A stretch of DNA of 64,000 bases from a bacterium (GTDB lineage Bacteria > SM23-31), in assembly GCA_965249485.1 (NCBI GenBank), contig OZ252239.1:2048001-2112000 (forward strand). The letters are read 5' to 3'. This document shows positions 21,474 to 31,351 of the stretch, one piece after another (position 1 is the stretch's first letter; every line of letters starts with the position of its first letter). The notes beneath the pieces were generated by a model, which was not told where the DNA came from, did not search any database, and saw only the letters and a program-made list of their open reading frames with translations. The position numbers were made by a program, and so were the translations under genes.

Positions 21474-23840
21474 ATGGGTGAAATAGGCGCAAAAGTACAT
21501 GTCTCCATTCCGGATGTATTGCCTATCTTAGTTCTCGATAACGAGATTCTATTTCCAAATATTATAATGCCTTATTCTGTATACGATGAGAATAATATTG
21601 ATATGATCAATAATTCGCTCATTGATACAAAACTGGTTGGTGCATTTTCCGGGATAAAATCAAATGAAAAGAAGAACAACAATAATGATATCTTTGAATA
21701 CGGTGTCGGAGCTGTTGTACTAAACCTTTTTAAAATTCCTGATGGCAGTATTCGGATTATTTTGCAAGGGCTTCAGCGGATTCAGATGGATGAAATAGTT
21801 CAGCAGGATCCATATCTGCAGGCAAAGATTCACAAAGTTAAAGATGTTTATCGCAAGACTATTAAAGTGGAGGCGCTGCAGCGAAACATCCTTGAAGGTT
21901 TCAAGTCGATTGTCAAATTGTCTAAAGAAATTCCTGAAGAAATTTTAACAGCGGCAATGAATATTAACGAGCCGTCGGTATTAGCTGATTTTATAGCATC
22001 CAATATGGAGATGAAGTTCGAAGACCGCAGAAAAATTTTACAGGAGTCGAATGTTGAAATGCGCCTTAAGGAGCTTTCAGGTATTATTGGGAATGAAGTT
22101 AAAATGCTGGAGATTGGTGACCAGATTCAATCTCAAATTTCAACGCAATTTGACAAAAATCAACGTAAGTATTTTCTTCGCGAACAGTTGAAAGCAATCA
22201 AAAAAGAACTTGGTGAAAATGAGGATATGCCTTCTGAAGTAACTGAATATGTTGATAAAATAAAAAAGGCAAATATGTCCAAAGAGGCACGAACCGTTGC
22301 CGAAAATGAACTTGACCGTCTTCATCGGATGAATCCGGCTTCCGCAGAATATTCTGTAGCATTGACTTACCTTGATTGGTTGACCAGTTTACCATGGACA
22401 ATCGCTACGCAAGATTCGGTTGACATTGATAAAGCGAAAAGTATTCTCGATGAAGATCACCACGGTTTGGATGATATCAAAGAAAGAATTCTAGAATTTC
22501 TTGCAGTCCGGAAACTCAATAACAAGAAAAAGGGTCCCATTTTGTGTTTTGTTGGCCCTCCTGGCGTGGGTAAAACGTCACTTGGTCAGTCAATTGCTCG
22601 GGCACTCGACAGAAAATTTATGCGGTTATCACTCGGTGGAATCAGGGATGAAGCAGAAATACGAGGACACCGGAGAACCTATGTCGGTGCACTGCCAGGA
22701 CGAATCATGCATGGCATAAAGAAATCAGGGACGAAGAATCACGTTTTCATGCTTGATGAGGTCGATAAGGTTGGGAGTGATTTCAGAGGAGATCCTTCTT
22801 CTGCTCTTTTGGAAGTGCTTGATCCACAGCAGAACGTGAGTTTTTCGGATCACTATATCGACGTTGCATTCGACTTGTCGAATGTTATGTTCATAGCAAC
22901 TGCTAATGAACTCTATCCGATTCCGCTTCCATTGCGCGACAGGATGGAAATTATCCAGCTGCCGGGATACATAAACGAAGACAAACTGAAAATTGCACAA
23001 CGCTTTCTCATTCCAAGACAGATTGATGAAAATGCACTTACCGAAGAGAATATCTCGTTTACAAGACAGGCGTTGAACAGAATAATAACAGAATATACCC
23101 GGGAAGCGGGAGTCAGAAACTTAGAGAGAGAGATCGGCCGTATCTGCAGAAAAGTTGCCCGGCAGATTGTATCGGGGAATAAAGAGAATGTCAAAATTGA
23201 CAAAGAAAAAGTGGTCAAATATCTTGGTTCTGCGAAGTATATACCAGATATCACAAATCGGAAAAATGAAATTGGTATAGCAACCGGATTAGCATGGACT
23301 CCATTTGGCGGTGAAGTTTTGTATATCGAATCTGTATTGATGAAAGGAAATAAAGGTTTTATTCTTACCGTGCAGTTAGGCGATGTGATGAAGGAGTCTG
23401 CACGTGCTGCTCTGAGTTATATACGTTCAAAATCCGATGATCTGAAAATCGATTCAAAGACTTTTGAATCCAATGATATTCATATCCATATCCCCGCAGG
23501 TGCAACACCGAAAGACGGCCCTTCGGCAGGTGTCACGATTGCAACTTCATTAGCGTCTCTCCTGACAAAACGGCCAATACGGAGCGATGTTGCAATGACC
23601 GGTGAAATAACCCTGCGTGGCAAAATCATGCCAGTTGGTGGTATTCGTGAAAAAGTAATTGCTGCAAAGCGGGCTGGAATAAAAACAATCATTATACCGA
23701 AGAAAAATGAAAGCAGCCTCGAAGAAATTCCGGAAAACATACTGAAAAACCTTCAACTTTTGACTGTGCAATCTATTGATGAAGTGTGGAAAGTAGCGCT
23801 GGTTGGAAGTAGAAGCTCCCGCACAATCAAAAAAAAATGA
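21474..23840 (+). CDS. lon: Lon protease
   Basis: GPPGVGKTS, RGHRRTYVGALPG, LDEVDK, KDGPSAG (Ser), GGIREK (Lys). Confidence 0.96.
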   Translation: MGEIGAKVHVSIPDVLPILVLDNEILFPNIIMPYSVYDENNIDMINNSLIDTKLVGAFSGIKSNEKKNNNNDIFEYGVGAVVLNLFKIPDGSIRIILQGLQRIQMDEIVQQDPYLQAKIHKVKDVYRKTIKVEALQRNILEGFKSIVKLSKEIPEEILTAAMNINEPSVLADFIASNMEMKFEDRRKILQESNVEMRLKELSGIIGNEVKMLEIGDQIQSQISTQFDKNQRKYFLREQLKAIKKELGENEDMPSEVTEYVDKIKKANMSKEARTVAENELDRLHRMNPASAEYSVALTYLDWLTSLPWTIATQDSVDIDKAKSILDEDHHGLDDIKERILEFLAVRKLNNKKKGPILCFVGPPGVGKTSLGQSIARALDRKFMRLSLGGIRDEAEIRGHRRTYVGALPGRIMHGIKKSGTKNHVFMLDEVDKVGSDFRGDPSSALLEVLDPQQNVSFSDHYIDVAFDLSNVMFIATANELYPIPLPLRDRMEIIQLPGYINEDKLKIAQRFLIPRQIDENALTEENISFTRQALNRIITEYTREAGVRNLEREIGRICRKVARQIVSGNKENVKIDKEKVVKYLGSAKYIPDITNRKNEIGIATGLAWTPFGGEVLYIESVLMKGNKGFILTVQLGDVMKESARAALSYIRSKSDDLKIDSKTFESNDIHIHIPAGATPKDGPSAGVTIATSLASLLTKRPIRSDVAMTGEITLRGKIMPVGGIREKVIAAKRAGIKTIIIPKKNESSLEEIPENILKNLQLLTVQSIDEVWKVALVGSRSSRTIKKK

Positions 23841-23995
23841 CCTGTTTTTGCTGATAACATTAAAGATTTTTCTAAAATAACGGATAACTTATACAGTGGG
23901 TAGTTCTGAAATCTGGTTTCTGGTTTCAGATTGCTCACGATTATCGATATAATTAAGAATGTAATTCAATTTAAATTTTATTGCACAGTTGACCT

Positions 23996-24175
23996 ATGGA
24001 AGACTTAGAAACTCCGGTAGTAGAGGAAATAAAAGAAGAGGAAGAGTTCGTTGAAGAAGAGTTTGAGGAGGAAGGTCCGGTAACCTTCGACGATATTGTT
24101 TCCTTCACTATGCTCCTTGAAACTGCAGTCATGCTCATTGCTATTGGTGTGTTTACGTTCTTTTATGTATTATAA
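23996..24175 (+). CDS. Small acidic protein with C-terminal TM helix (59 aa; absent from the ORF track)
   Basis: MEDLETPVVEEIKEEEEFVEEEFEEEGPVTFDDIVSFTMLLETAVMLIAIGVFTFFYVL*. Confidence 0.6.
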   Translation: MEDLETPVVEEIKEEEEFVEEEFEEEGPVTFDDIVSFTMLLETAVMLIAIGVFTFFYVL

Positions 24176-24404
24176 CATCCTTAATCCAAAAGCATCCTTC
24201 CCAATCGGCGTACCCATTCATTCCTGTTGTTTTCATTGATTTTTTCATAAATTTTAAGTACTCTAAACGCTGTGAATTTTTAGATTTTTTTCTCAAAATT
24301 TATTGTATTAGAATGATTCAGCGTGCAAAGTGCTGTATGAGTAATTTACTTTGTGATTCCCGATAAATGACCAAAGAACGAGTGTTCAAACCAATTAGCA
24401 AAAT

Positions 24405-26363
24405 ATGTCACAAAACCTTATCGAAAAAATTGTTCAAAATTATGCTGTAGATATTGAGAACGGTGTTCAATTGTACAGCGGAGACTATATTTTTGTTAAG
24501 CCTGATTATGTCATGACGCATGATAACTCATCTGCTGTTATAAATAAGTTTAATTCATTGAATATTGATACAGTTGCCGATGTCCGACAGATTGTTCTGA
24601 CGCTTGATCACAATATTCAGGATACGAGTGAGAAAAATCTGGCAAAATATCGGAGTATTGAACAATTTGCGCGGAAGCATGGAATCGATTTTTATCCTGC
24701 CGGACGTGGAATTGGTCACCAGATTATGTGTGAAGAAGGATATGCATGGCCCGGAACGCTGGTTGTTGCATCTGACAGCCATTCAAATATGTACGGCGGT
24801 CTTGGGTGTCTCGGTACTCCGGTTGTGAGGTCGGATGCTGCAGCTATCTGGGCAACCGGTGAAACATGGTGGCAGATACCACCAGTTGCGCAGTGTGAAT
24901 TCCGGGGAGAGTTGCGGCCCGGTGTAAGCGGAAAAGATATTATCGTCACACTCTGCGGCCTTTATAATAACGATGAAGTGCTTAATCATGCTGTAGAATT
25001 TGTAGGAGAATCAGTCTCCTCACTCAGCATCGATCAGCGGTTAACCATTGCCAATATGACTACTGAATGGGGGGCATTAGCCGGTGTGTTTCCGATCGAC
25101 GATGTGACATGTGCATGGTTACAGAAACGAATGAGTTTTATTCAGCAGCGTGAATCGAACATCGAAAAAAAATCAAGGATTACTGAAACACGTATTGCAG
25201 AACTTGAGAACGAACCGCTGCATGCAGATCAAGATGCGTTTTATGCAAAAAAATTGATGCTCGATCTTTCACATGTCAGACCCCATGTATCCGGCCCGGA
25301 TCATGTGAAAACTATGGTCAGTGTATCAGAGATAGAACAAAAAAACATAAAAGTGGATAAGGCGTACCTTGTTTCATGTGTTAATAGTAGAGTAGGGGAT
25401 ATTGCCGAAGCTGCTGAAATAGTTCGAGGCAAATCAATTGCTAACAGCGTAGAGTTCTATATTAGTGCCGCGTCGAGTGAAGTAGAGGAGGAGAGCAAAA
25501 ATAGAGGAGACTGGCAGATTCTCGTCGATGCGGGAGCAATTCCCCTTCCTCCTGGATGCGGTCCATGTATTGGGTTGGGAAAGGGTTTATTACAGGATGG
25601 TGAAGTCGGAATTTCTGCCACAAACAGAAATTTTAAAGGGCGCATGGGCTCTCGTAATGCGCAGGCTTATCTGGGTTCACCCGCTGTTGTTGCCGCTTCT
25701 GCGGTAGCCGGTAAAATCTCAGCACCGCAACATTTTGAAAATGTGCGTCCTGAGCGTAATATTACTGTCAATACCCGGAAGCAGACTTCAACACATTCTG
25801 TTACTCTTATTGAAGGAATGCCGGAAACTATTGAAGGTGAACTTCTCTACTGTTTTCAGGACAACCTTAACACTGATGGAATTTATCCCGGAAAATACAC
25901 CTACAATGAGGAAATTTTCGGCGAGAAAATGGTCGATGTTGTAATGGAGAATTACGATCCCGGATTCAGGAACCTCGTGAAAGAAGGAGACATTCTTGTC
26001 GGCGGTACTAATTTCGGAACCGGAAGTTCACGTGAACAGGCGGCCACAGCATTCCAGCACAGCGGTATCAGGATGGTAGTTGCTGCCTCTCTGAGCGAAA
26101 CCTATAAGAGAAATGCGTTGAATAACGGATTGCTGATTCTGGAATCACCCGACCTGGTTTCGGAATTGAAATCACGTTTTGGAGACACATCATTAACGGT
26201 CCGAACCGGGGAAACTGCCAGAGTTGTCATTGGTAAAGGCGTCGTTGAGGCATTTAACAAAGAATTTCCATGTACACAGATGGGACCTACAGCCCAGGAA
26301 TTGTATATTGTGGGTGGGATCGTTCAGTGGATCAAGCAAAAATCTTTAATAAATGGACGATAA
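24405..26363 (+). CDS. lysF: Homoaconitase, single-chain fungal Lys4-type
   Basis: QNLIEKIVQ, MTHDNS, YPAGRGIGHQI, ASDSHSN, WATGETWWQIPP, SCVNSR, CGPCIG; fused swivel domain NTDGIYPG, NFGTGSSREQA. Confidence 0.88.
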   Translation: MSQNLIEKIVQNYAVDIENGVQLYSGDYIFVKPDYVMTHDNSSAVINKFNSLNIDTVADVRQIVLTLDHNIQDTSEKNLAKYRSIEQFARKHGIDFYPAGRGIGHQIMCEEGYAWPGTLVVASDSHSNMYGGLGCLGTPVVRSDAAAIWATGETWWQIPPVAQCEFRGELRPGVSGKDIIVTLCGLYNNDEVLNHAVEFVGESVSSLSIDQRLTIANMTTEWGALAGVFPIDDVTCAWLQKRMSFIQQRESNIEKKSRITETRIAELENEPLHADQDAFYAKKLMLDLSHVRPHVSGPDHVKTMVSVSEIEQKNIKVDKAYLVSCVNSRVGDIAEAAEIVRGKSIANSVEFYISAASSEVEEESKNRGDWQILVDAGAIPLPPGCGPCIGLGKGLLQDGEVGISATNRNFKGRMGSRNAQAYLGSPAVVAASAVAGKISAPQHFENVRPERNITVNTRKQTSTHSVTLIEGMPETIEGELLYCFQDNLNTDGIYPGKYTYNEEIFGEKMVDVVMENYDPGFRNLVKEGDILVGGTNFGTGSSREQAATAFQHSGIRMVVAASLSETYKRNALNNGLLILESPDLVSELKSRFGDTSLTVRTGETARVVIGKGVVEAFNKEFPCTQMGPTAQELYIVGGIVQWIKQKSLINGR

Positions 26364-26439
26364 CTGTGTCGTATAAATATATTGAATTACAATTATTAAT
26401 TCTGCAGTACGATTAGTTGAATTGAGAAGGTTAGACAGA

Positions 26440-27558
26440 ATGACAAAAAGATCTATTGCGGTTCTTCCCGGCGATGGAGTAGGGAAGGATGTGACGGAAG
26501 CGGCACTTAAAGTGCTCGATGCTTCTGGATTTGAAGCAAAATATGAGCATGGTGATATCGGGTGGGAATTCTGGTGCTCTGAAGGTAACCCGCTTCCTGA
26601 CAGGACAATTAAACTGCTCAAAAAAACCGATTGTGCTCTGTTCGGTGCAATCACATCAAAACCAAAAGAAGAAGCTACAGATGAATTAGATGCGGCGCTG
26701 CAGGGCAAAGGATTTGAATATACAAGTCCAATAGTAAAACTACGGCAAATGTTCAAGCTGCACACCAATATCAGACCGTGTAAAGCATATCCCGGAAATC
26801 CGCTAAATTACCACGACTCAATCGACATAGTGGTTTTCCGAGAAAACACCGAAGGGTTGTACGCCGGAGTAGAATTTCATCCTTTGCCTGAAGAAGTTTA
26901 CAATGTTCTGGCAAAGCACAACACTAAAATGGAGCGATTTGGAGATAATATTTCGGATGTAGCTCTGTCGTGCAGAGTTTTTACGCGGGATGCCTGCAAA
27001 AGTATTGCCCGGCAGGGTTTTGTATATGCCAAAAATCATGGGTATCAATCGGTAACCGTAGTTGAAAAACCGAATGTGATCCGGGAGACCAGCGGACTCA
27101 TGCTAAGGGAAGCACGTATAATCGCACAGGATTACCCGGACATCGAATTATGGGAGACAAATATTGATGCTCAATGTATGTGGTTAGTTAAAAATCCGGA
27201 AGACTATGGTGTCATTGTTTCAACCAATATGTTTGGAGATATTCTTTCTGATTTAGGGGCACAGCTTGTTGGCGGTCTTGGATTTTCACCGAGCGGAAAT
27301 ATTGGTGATACATTTGCGGTCTTTGAGCCAACACACGGATCTGCACCAAAATACAAGGGACAAAACAAAGTAAATCCAATCGCGATGATTTTGACGGCAA
27401 AACTTATGCTTGAATGGCTTGGTGAAACTAAATCAGCAAATCGTATCGAGCAGGCAGTTACCGATGTGATTAAGAAAGGTGAAGTCCGGACATATGATAT
27501 GGGTGGAAAAGCATCCACCACAGAAATGGCGGACGAAATTATTCGAAATTTGATGTAG
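26440..27558 (+). CDS. Homoisocitrate dehydrogenase (isocitrate/isopropylmalate dehydrogenase family)
   Basis: PGDGVG, YTSPIVKLR, RENTEGLY, NMFGDILSD, FEPTHGSAP; adjacent to the homoaconitase. Confidence 0.8.
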   Translation: MTKRSIAVLPGDGVGKDVTEAALKVLDASGFEAKYEHGDIGWEFWCSEGNPLPDRTIKLLKKTDCALFGAITSKPKEEATDELDAALQGKGFEYTSPIVKLRQMFKLHTNIRPCKAYPGNPLNYHDSIDIVVFRENTEGLYAGVEFHPLPEEVYNVLAKHNTKMERFGDNISDVALSCRVFTRDACKSIARQGFVYAKNHGYQSVTVVEKPNVIRETSGLMLREARIIAQDYPDIELWETNIDAQCMWLVKNPEDYGVIVSTNMFGDILSDLGAQLVGGLGFSPSGNIGDTFAVFEPTHGSAPKYKGQNKVNPIAMILTAKLMLEWLGETKSANRIEQAVTDVIKKGEVRTYDMGGKASTTEMADEIIRNLM

Positions 27559-27660
27559 TTCTGTTGTTTAGTGGAATAACATGACTGAGAGTTTACTGGG
27601 GTGTTTTAAGCAAAAAACAATCTCTTTTCTATTGATAAAAATTTATTCGTTTGTTACCTT

Positions 27661-28179
27661 ATGAAGATTTTTGAAGATTTAAATGAATCCGGATTTGATG
27701 TGACCGAATCTTTCTCTTACGGTATGAATTTTGCCCTGCATGAAGCTGAAAAAGCGTATGATGCTAAGGAAGTCCCTGTCGGTGCCGTCATAATTCATGA
27801 TGGACTCATAATCGGAAAAGGGCACAATCAAGTCGAGACGCTGAATGATCCGACCGCTCATGCGGAGATCATCGCGATCACCGCCGCAGCAGCGTACCTG
27901 GGGTCCAAATGGCTCTATGAAGCCGATCTGTATGTGACCAAGGAGCCGTGCGTGATGTGTGCAGGTGCTATTGTCCATGCCCGGATTAAAAGCTTGATTT
28001 TCGGTGCCTCTGATATAAAAGCCGGGGCATGTGGTACTGTCCTCAATGTGGTACAGAATTCCCGCTTGAATCATGCAGTGAATGTAATTAGTGGAATCGA
28101 AGAAACGAAATGCTCTTCGTTACTGACTTCATTTTTCGAGCAATTGCGAAAAGAAAAGAAAGTACAAAAGAAGTCATAA
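27661..28179 (+). CDS. tadA: tRNA adenosine(34) deaminase
   Basis: EVPVGAV, DPTAHAE, EPCVMCAGA. Confidence 0.92.
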   Translation: MKIFEDLNESGFDVTESFSYGMNFALHEAEKAYDAKEVPVGAVIIHDGLIIGKGHNQVETLNDPTAHAEIIAITAAAAYLGSKWLYEADLYVTKEPCVMCAGAIVHARIKSLIFGASDIKAGACGTVLNVVQNSRLNHAVNVISGIEETKCSSLLTSFFEQLRKEKKVQKKS

Positions 28180-28242
28180 AACAAATTGTTGAATCATGCT
28201 GTTATCAGTATGAGACAGATTTTGTTGTTGTGTGATGTACAT

Positions 28243-28329
28243 GGAGAGGTGTCCGAGTGGCTTAAGGAGCACGCTTGGAAAGCGTGTGTGCGTTTACGCG
28301 TACCGAGGGTTCGAATCCCTCCCTCTCCG
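28243..28329 (+). tRNA. tRNA-Ser(GGA)
   Basis: Acceptor GGAGAGG/CCTCTCC, anticodon arm CACGC-TTGGAAA-GCGTG, long variable arm, GTTCGAATC; CCA not encoded. Confidence 0.96.
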
Positions 28330-28347
28330 CAACAATGTTTCAATTCA

Positions 28348-28435
<88 letters not shown>

Positions 28436-28717
28436 TCATTGTCTATTTTTATATCAACCCAAAAAGGTTTTTATATTTATCCCTCCATCAGATATATAGA
28501 AAGTGTGCCAAATTGGCGCCAGTTACTTATATTTTCTCATAATTAAACAAAATTAATACAAATTAATTTTTCTTGAGTATTATGCATTTTTACAGTGCAA
28601 ATTCGTCAAAGTATCCCAGCAAGTTTGAAGATGTTCGGTGGAACTTCAGAATATAGGTATCTGGAGTTCCATTTTTTATTTGTAAGCATGTAATGAATCC
28701 TTTTATATTTACTTGTC

Positions 28718-29458
28718 ATGAAATTATGTAGATATTTTACCCAAAATGGTCTTGAAGTACCGGCTGTCTCGGCTGATCAGATGAGGGAAATCGACCGAAT
28801 CGCAATTGAAGAATCGGATCCGAATCTTTACCAGATGATGGAAAATGCAGGGCGTAATCTCGCGCTTGAAGTGATTGATACGCTTGAGCAAAAATGGAAA
28901 TCATCGCGTATTCTCATTCTTGCGGGAACTGGAGGCAACGGCGGTGGCGGTATATGCGCCGGACGCCATTTATTGAATCGCAATCTTTCGGTCACGATCT
29001 GCTTTGCGAGTACGGATAATCTAACATCAGTAACAGCTTACCAGCGTTCGATATTTCTTTCGGCAAACGGACATGAGATGGTCGCAGATATGATAGGACA
29101 GTCATCTCCCGATATTATTGTTGACGCACTTATCGGATACAGTTTGAGGGACAAACCGAATAGTACTGTACAAACTATCATAGATTGGACACTCAAAAGT
29201 GGTATCCCGGTTATTTCGCTCGATGTTCCTTCGGGGATTAATGCGACCACTGGTGAGATTCCCGGAGTTGCTATCAAACCTGAAAAAACGGTCACTCTTG
29301 CCCTTCCGAAAAAAGGACAGACGCCTGAAAATTCCGGAATGCTCATTCTTGCCGATATTGGTATCCATTCCGAAGTTTTTAAACGTGCGAACATCGAATA
29401 TACATCCCCTTTTGGATCACAGTTTCGAATTCCTTTACAATGCAAAAAACAGAGGTAA
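28718..29458 (+). CDS. nnrE: NAD(P)H-hydrate epimerase (stand-alone YjeF N-terminal domain)
   Basis: QMREID, MMENAG, GTGGNGGGG, IVDALIGY, SLDVPSG. Confidence 0.88.
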   Translation: MKLCRYFTQNGLEVPAVSADQMREIDRIAIEESDPNLYQMMENAGRNLALEVIDTLEQKWKSSRILILAGTGGNGGGGICAGRHLLNRNLSVTICFASTDNLTSVTAYQRSIFLSANGHEMVADMIGQSSPDIIVDALIGYSLRDKPNSTVQTIIDWTLKSGIPVISLDVPSGINATTGEIPGVAIKPEKTVTLALPKKGQTPENSGMLILADIGIHSEVFKRANIEYTSPFGSQFRIPLQCKKQR

Positions 29459-29465
29459 TCTTGAA

Positions 29466-29693
29466 GGAAAGGGACCGAATGCTCCCAGAATTGCATCCTT
29501 AGGTCCGGATTGGCAACGAAAGCTGACACTCCCGCTCTATCACCATTTTGTCATGGAATATTGGGTCTACGTTGCCATGTCTGTATGGGGTGAAGGGAGA
29601 TATTTATCGATTCAACTTCATGACGGTGAGTATCTTTCCGAACGTGGTGTCGAATACGCATCTTCACCTCCCACTGCGATTCGTATTATACGC
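29466..29693 (+). pseudogene. 3' fragment of an M24-like paralog
   Basis: GKGPNAPRIASLGPDW..LPLYHHFVMEY..LHDGEYLSERGVEY..PPTAIRIIR aligns to the C-terminus of 32843..34270. Confidence 0.85.
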
Positions 29694-29899
29694 CCATATT
29701 TTACTATTCTTACTACAAAATGAGAAGAAAATACTTGTAAAAGTAAATTACAGACGTTACTATTAATATTGATATTTCCATCACATTCTAATCAAGTTTG
29801 TATATCTTTAAAAGCTTAATATTCCGACATAAATCCATATTATATTCTTATTGAGTACTAATATGGGTAATATCAGTTTAATTCAGAGAGGAGCACGTT

Positions 29900-31309
29900 A
29901 TGATTTCTCGAGTAATGATAGTTATACTATTGGTGATAATCTTAGCGCCTGCTGCCAATGTACAGGCTCAGGATATGGACGATCTGAAGGAATGGAATAA
30001 TCAGATTCGCCAGGAAAAGTTTGACCTCGTTCTGCCACAAGCCATGAGAAATAACAATATTGACATGTGGATCCATGTGATGAGAGTAGCAGTTCCTGAC
30101 CCCTTTGGTGCAGAAGACCTGGGCAGTACCTCCGGCCTTATCGTCTTCACGGATCGTGGCGGCGACAGGATTGAACGTGCGGTTCTCGGTCGTCGATGGG
30201 GAGCAACACAGCGTCAAAGGAGTGGAGATGCGAGTAATTTGATTGAAGAATATAGAGCGTACGACATAATTCACGAACCGGTTTTTGTGGGGGAACCGGT
30301 TTCAAGTCCGATGACAGAATATGATTACCGATTTAAGGGCCTCAGAGAATTTGTTGAAGCGCGTGACCCCAAACGCATTGCTGTAAATTACAGAGAAAAT
30401 CTGTCAACGTGGGCGACTTCGAGTAGAACGCAAGACGGCATTTCACATACAGACTTTCTCCTCTTAACGAAAGAACTCGGTGATAGATATACCAAAAGAC
30501 TGGTCTCGTCTGAATATGTGATGATGGATTACCAAATAAGTCCGGTACCGAGCGAAGTCCAACTGCTTAAGAAAATGCGTCAGGACGAAGTTGAACGTGT
30601 AGAGAAAGCTTTTGCTGACGTTGTGCCGGGTGTAACCAAAACTCGCGGGGGAGGAGTAACTGTCTTTCGTCGTATGAGCACAGGATTATCGCAAAGGGGA
30701 AGAAGTGCAGGCTGGGAAAACAGTGTGGTCCAGGGAGGCGACATTCTTGCAGCACCAAGCCAGGGAATGTACGCCTATATACTCCGTGATAGAGAGACTG
30801 AACCGCCTTCGGAAATCAAAAAACTCTGGGCAGAATATTTGAAAATTGATAAGATTTTCACAGAAACCATCAAAGCGGGTCTCACCCCACGAGAAATAAT
30901 GCAAAACTACACGCAGAAATTTGATGATGCGGGAGTTATTGTTGTGGATCCCCAATTGCATATGGTTCAGCCAAAGAACGATTTTCCCGTTTATTCCGCA
31001 GGGTACGATCCTGAAAAAACTCTGCTTACTATCGACTTACATGGCAAAGGAAAAGGAGCAAGTGGAAGGAAGCACGATATTTATCTTGGCCCCAGGATGG
31101 GTTCTTATGGTCCTGATTGGACACACGATATACCACTTTCACCCAATCACCACTTTGTTTTAGAATATTTTTTCTATATGCCGTCGCCAACATCAAACAA
31201 AGATGAAGACCAATACTTATTATTTTGGGACCATGAGCAGGCGATTGCCACCGAAAGTGGAGTCGAGTATTTATATCCACCACAAAAGGAGCTTATTCTC
31301 ATAAAATAA
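29900..31309 (+). CDS. Secreted M24 (Xaa-Pro peptidase fold) protein, paralog 1
   Basis: Signal peptide; EKFDLVLPQAMR..IDMWI, RDPKRIAVN, IDLHG, FVLEYF, GVEYLYPPQ. Confidence 0.8.
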   Translation: MISRVMIVILLVIILAPAANVQAQDMDDLKEWNNQIRQEKFDLVLPQAMRNNNIDMWIHVMRVAVPDPFGAEDLGSTSGLIVFTDRGGDRIERAVLGRRWGATQRQRSGDASNLIEEYRAYDIIHEPVFVGEPVSSPMTEYDYRFKGLREFVEARDPKRIAVNYRENLSTWATSSRTQDGISHTDFLLLTKELGDRYTKRLVSSEYVMMDYQISPVPSEVQLLKKMRQDEVERVEKAFADVVPGVTKTRGGGVTVFRRMSTGLSQRGRSAGWENSVVQGGDILAAPSQGMYAYILRDRETEPPSEIKKLWAEYLKIDKIFTETIKAGLTPREIMQNYTQKFDDAGVIVVDPQLHMVQPKNDFPVYSAGYDPEKTLLTIDLHGKGKGASGRKHDIYLGPRMGSYGPDWTHDIPLSPNHHFVLEYFFYMPSPTSNKDEDQYLLFWDHEQAIATESGVEYLYPPQKELILIK

Positions 31310-31351
31310 GTTCAACCAAACACGCTCGTTGCTTAATGAAGGAGGTATCTG
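31310..31351 (+). repeat. Duplicated intergenic spacer, copy 1
   Basis: 42 nt; 35/42 identical to 32801..32842. Confidence 0.9.
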
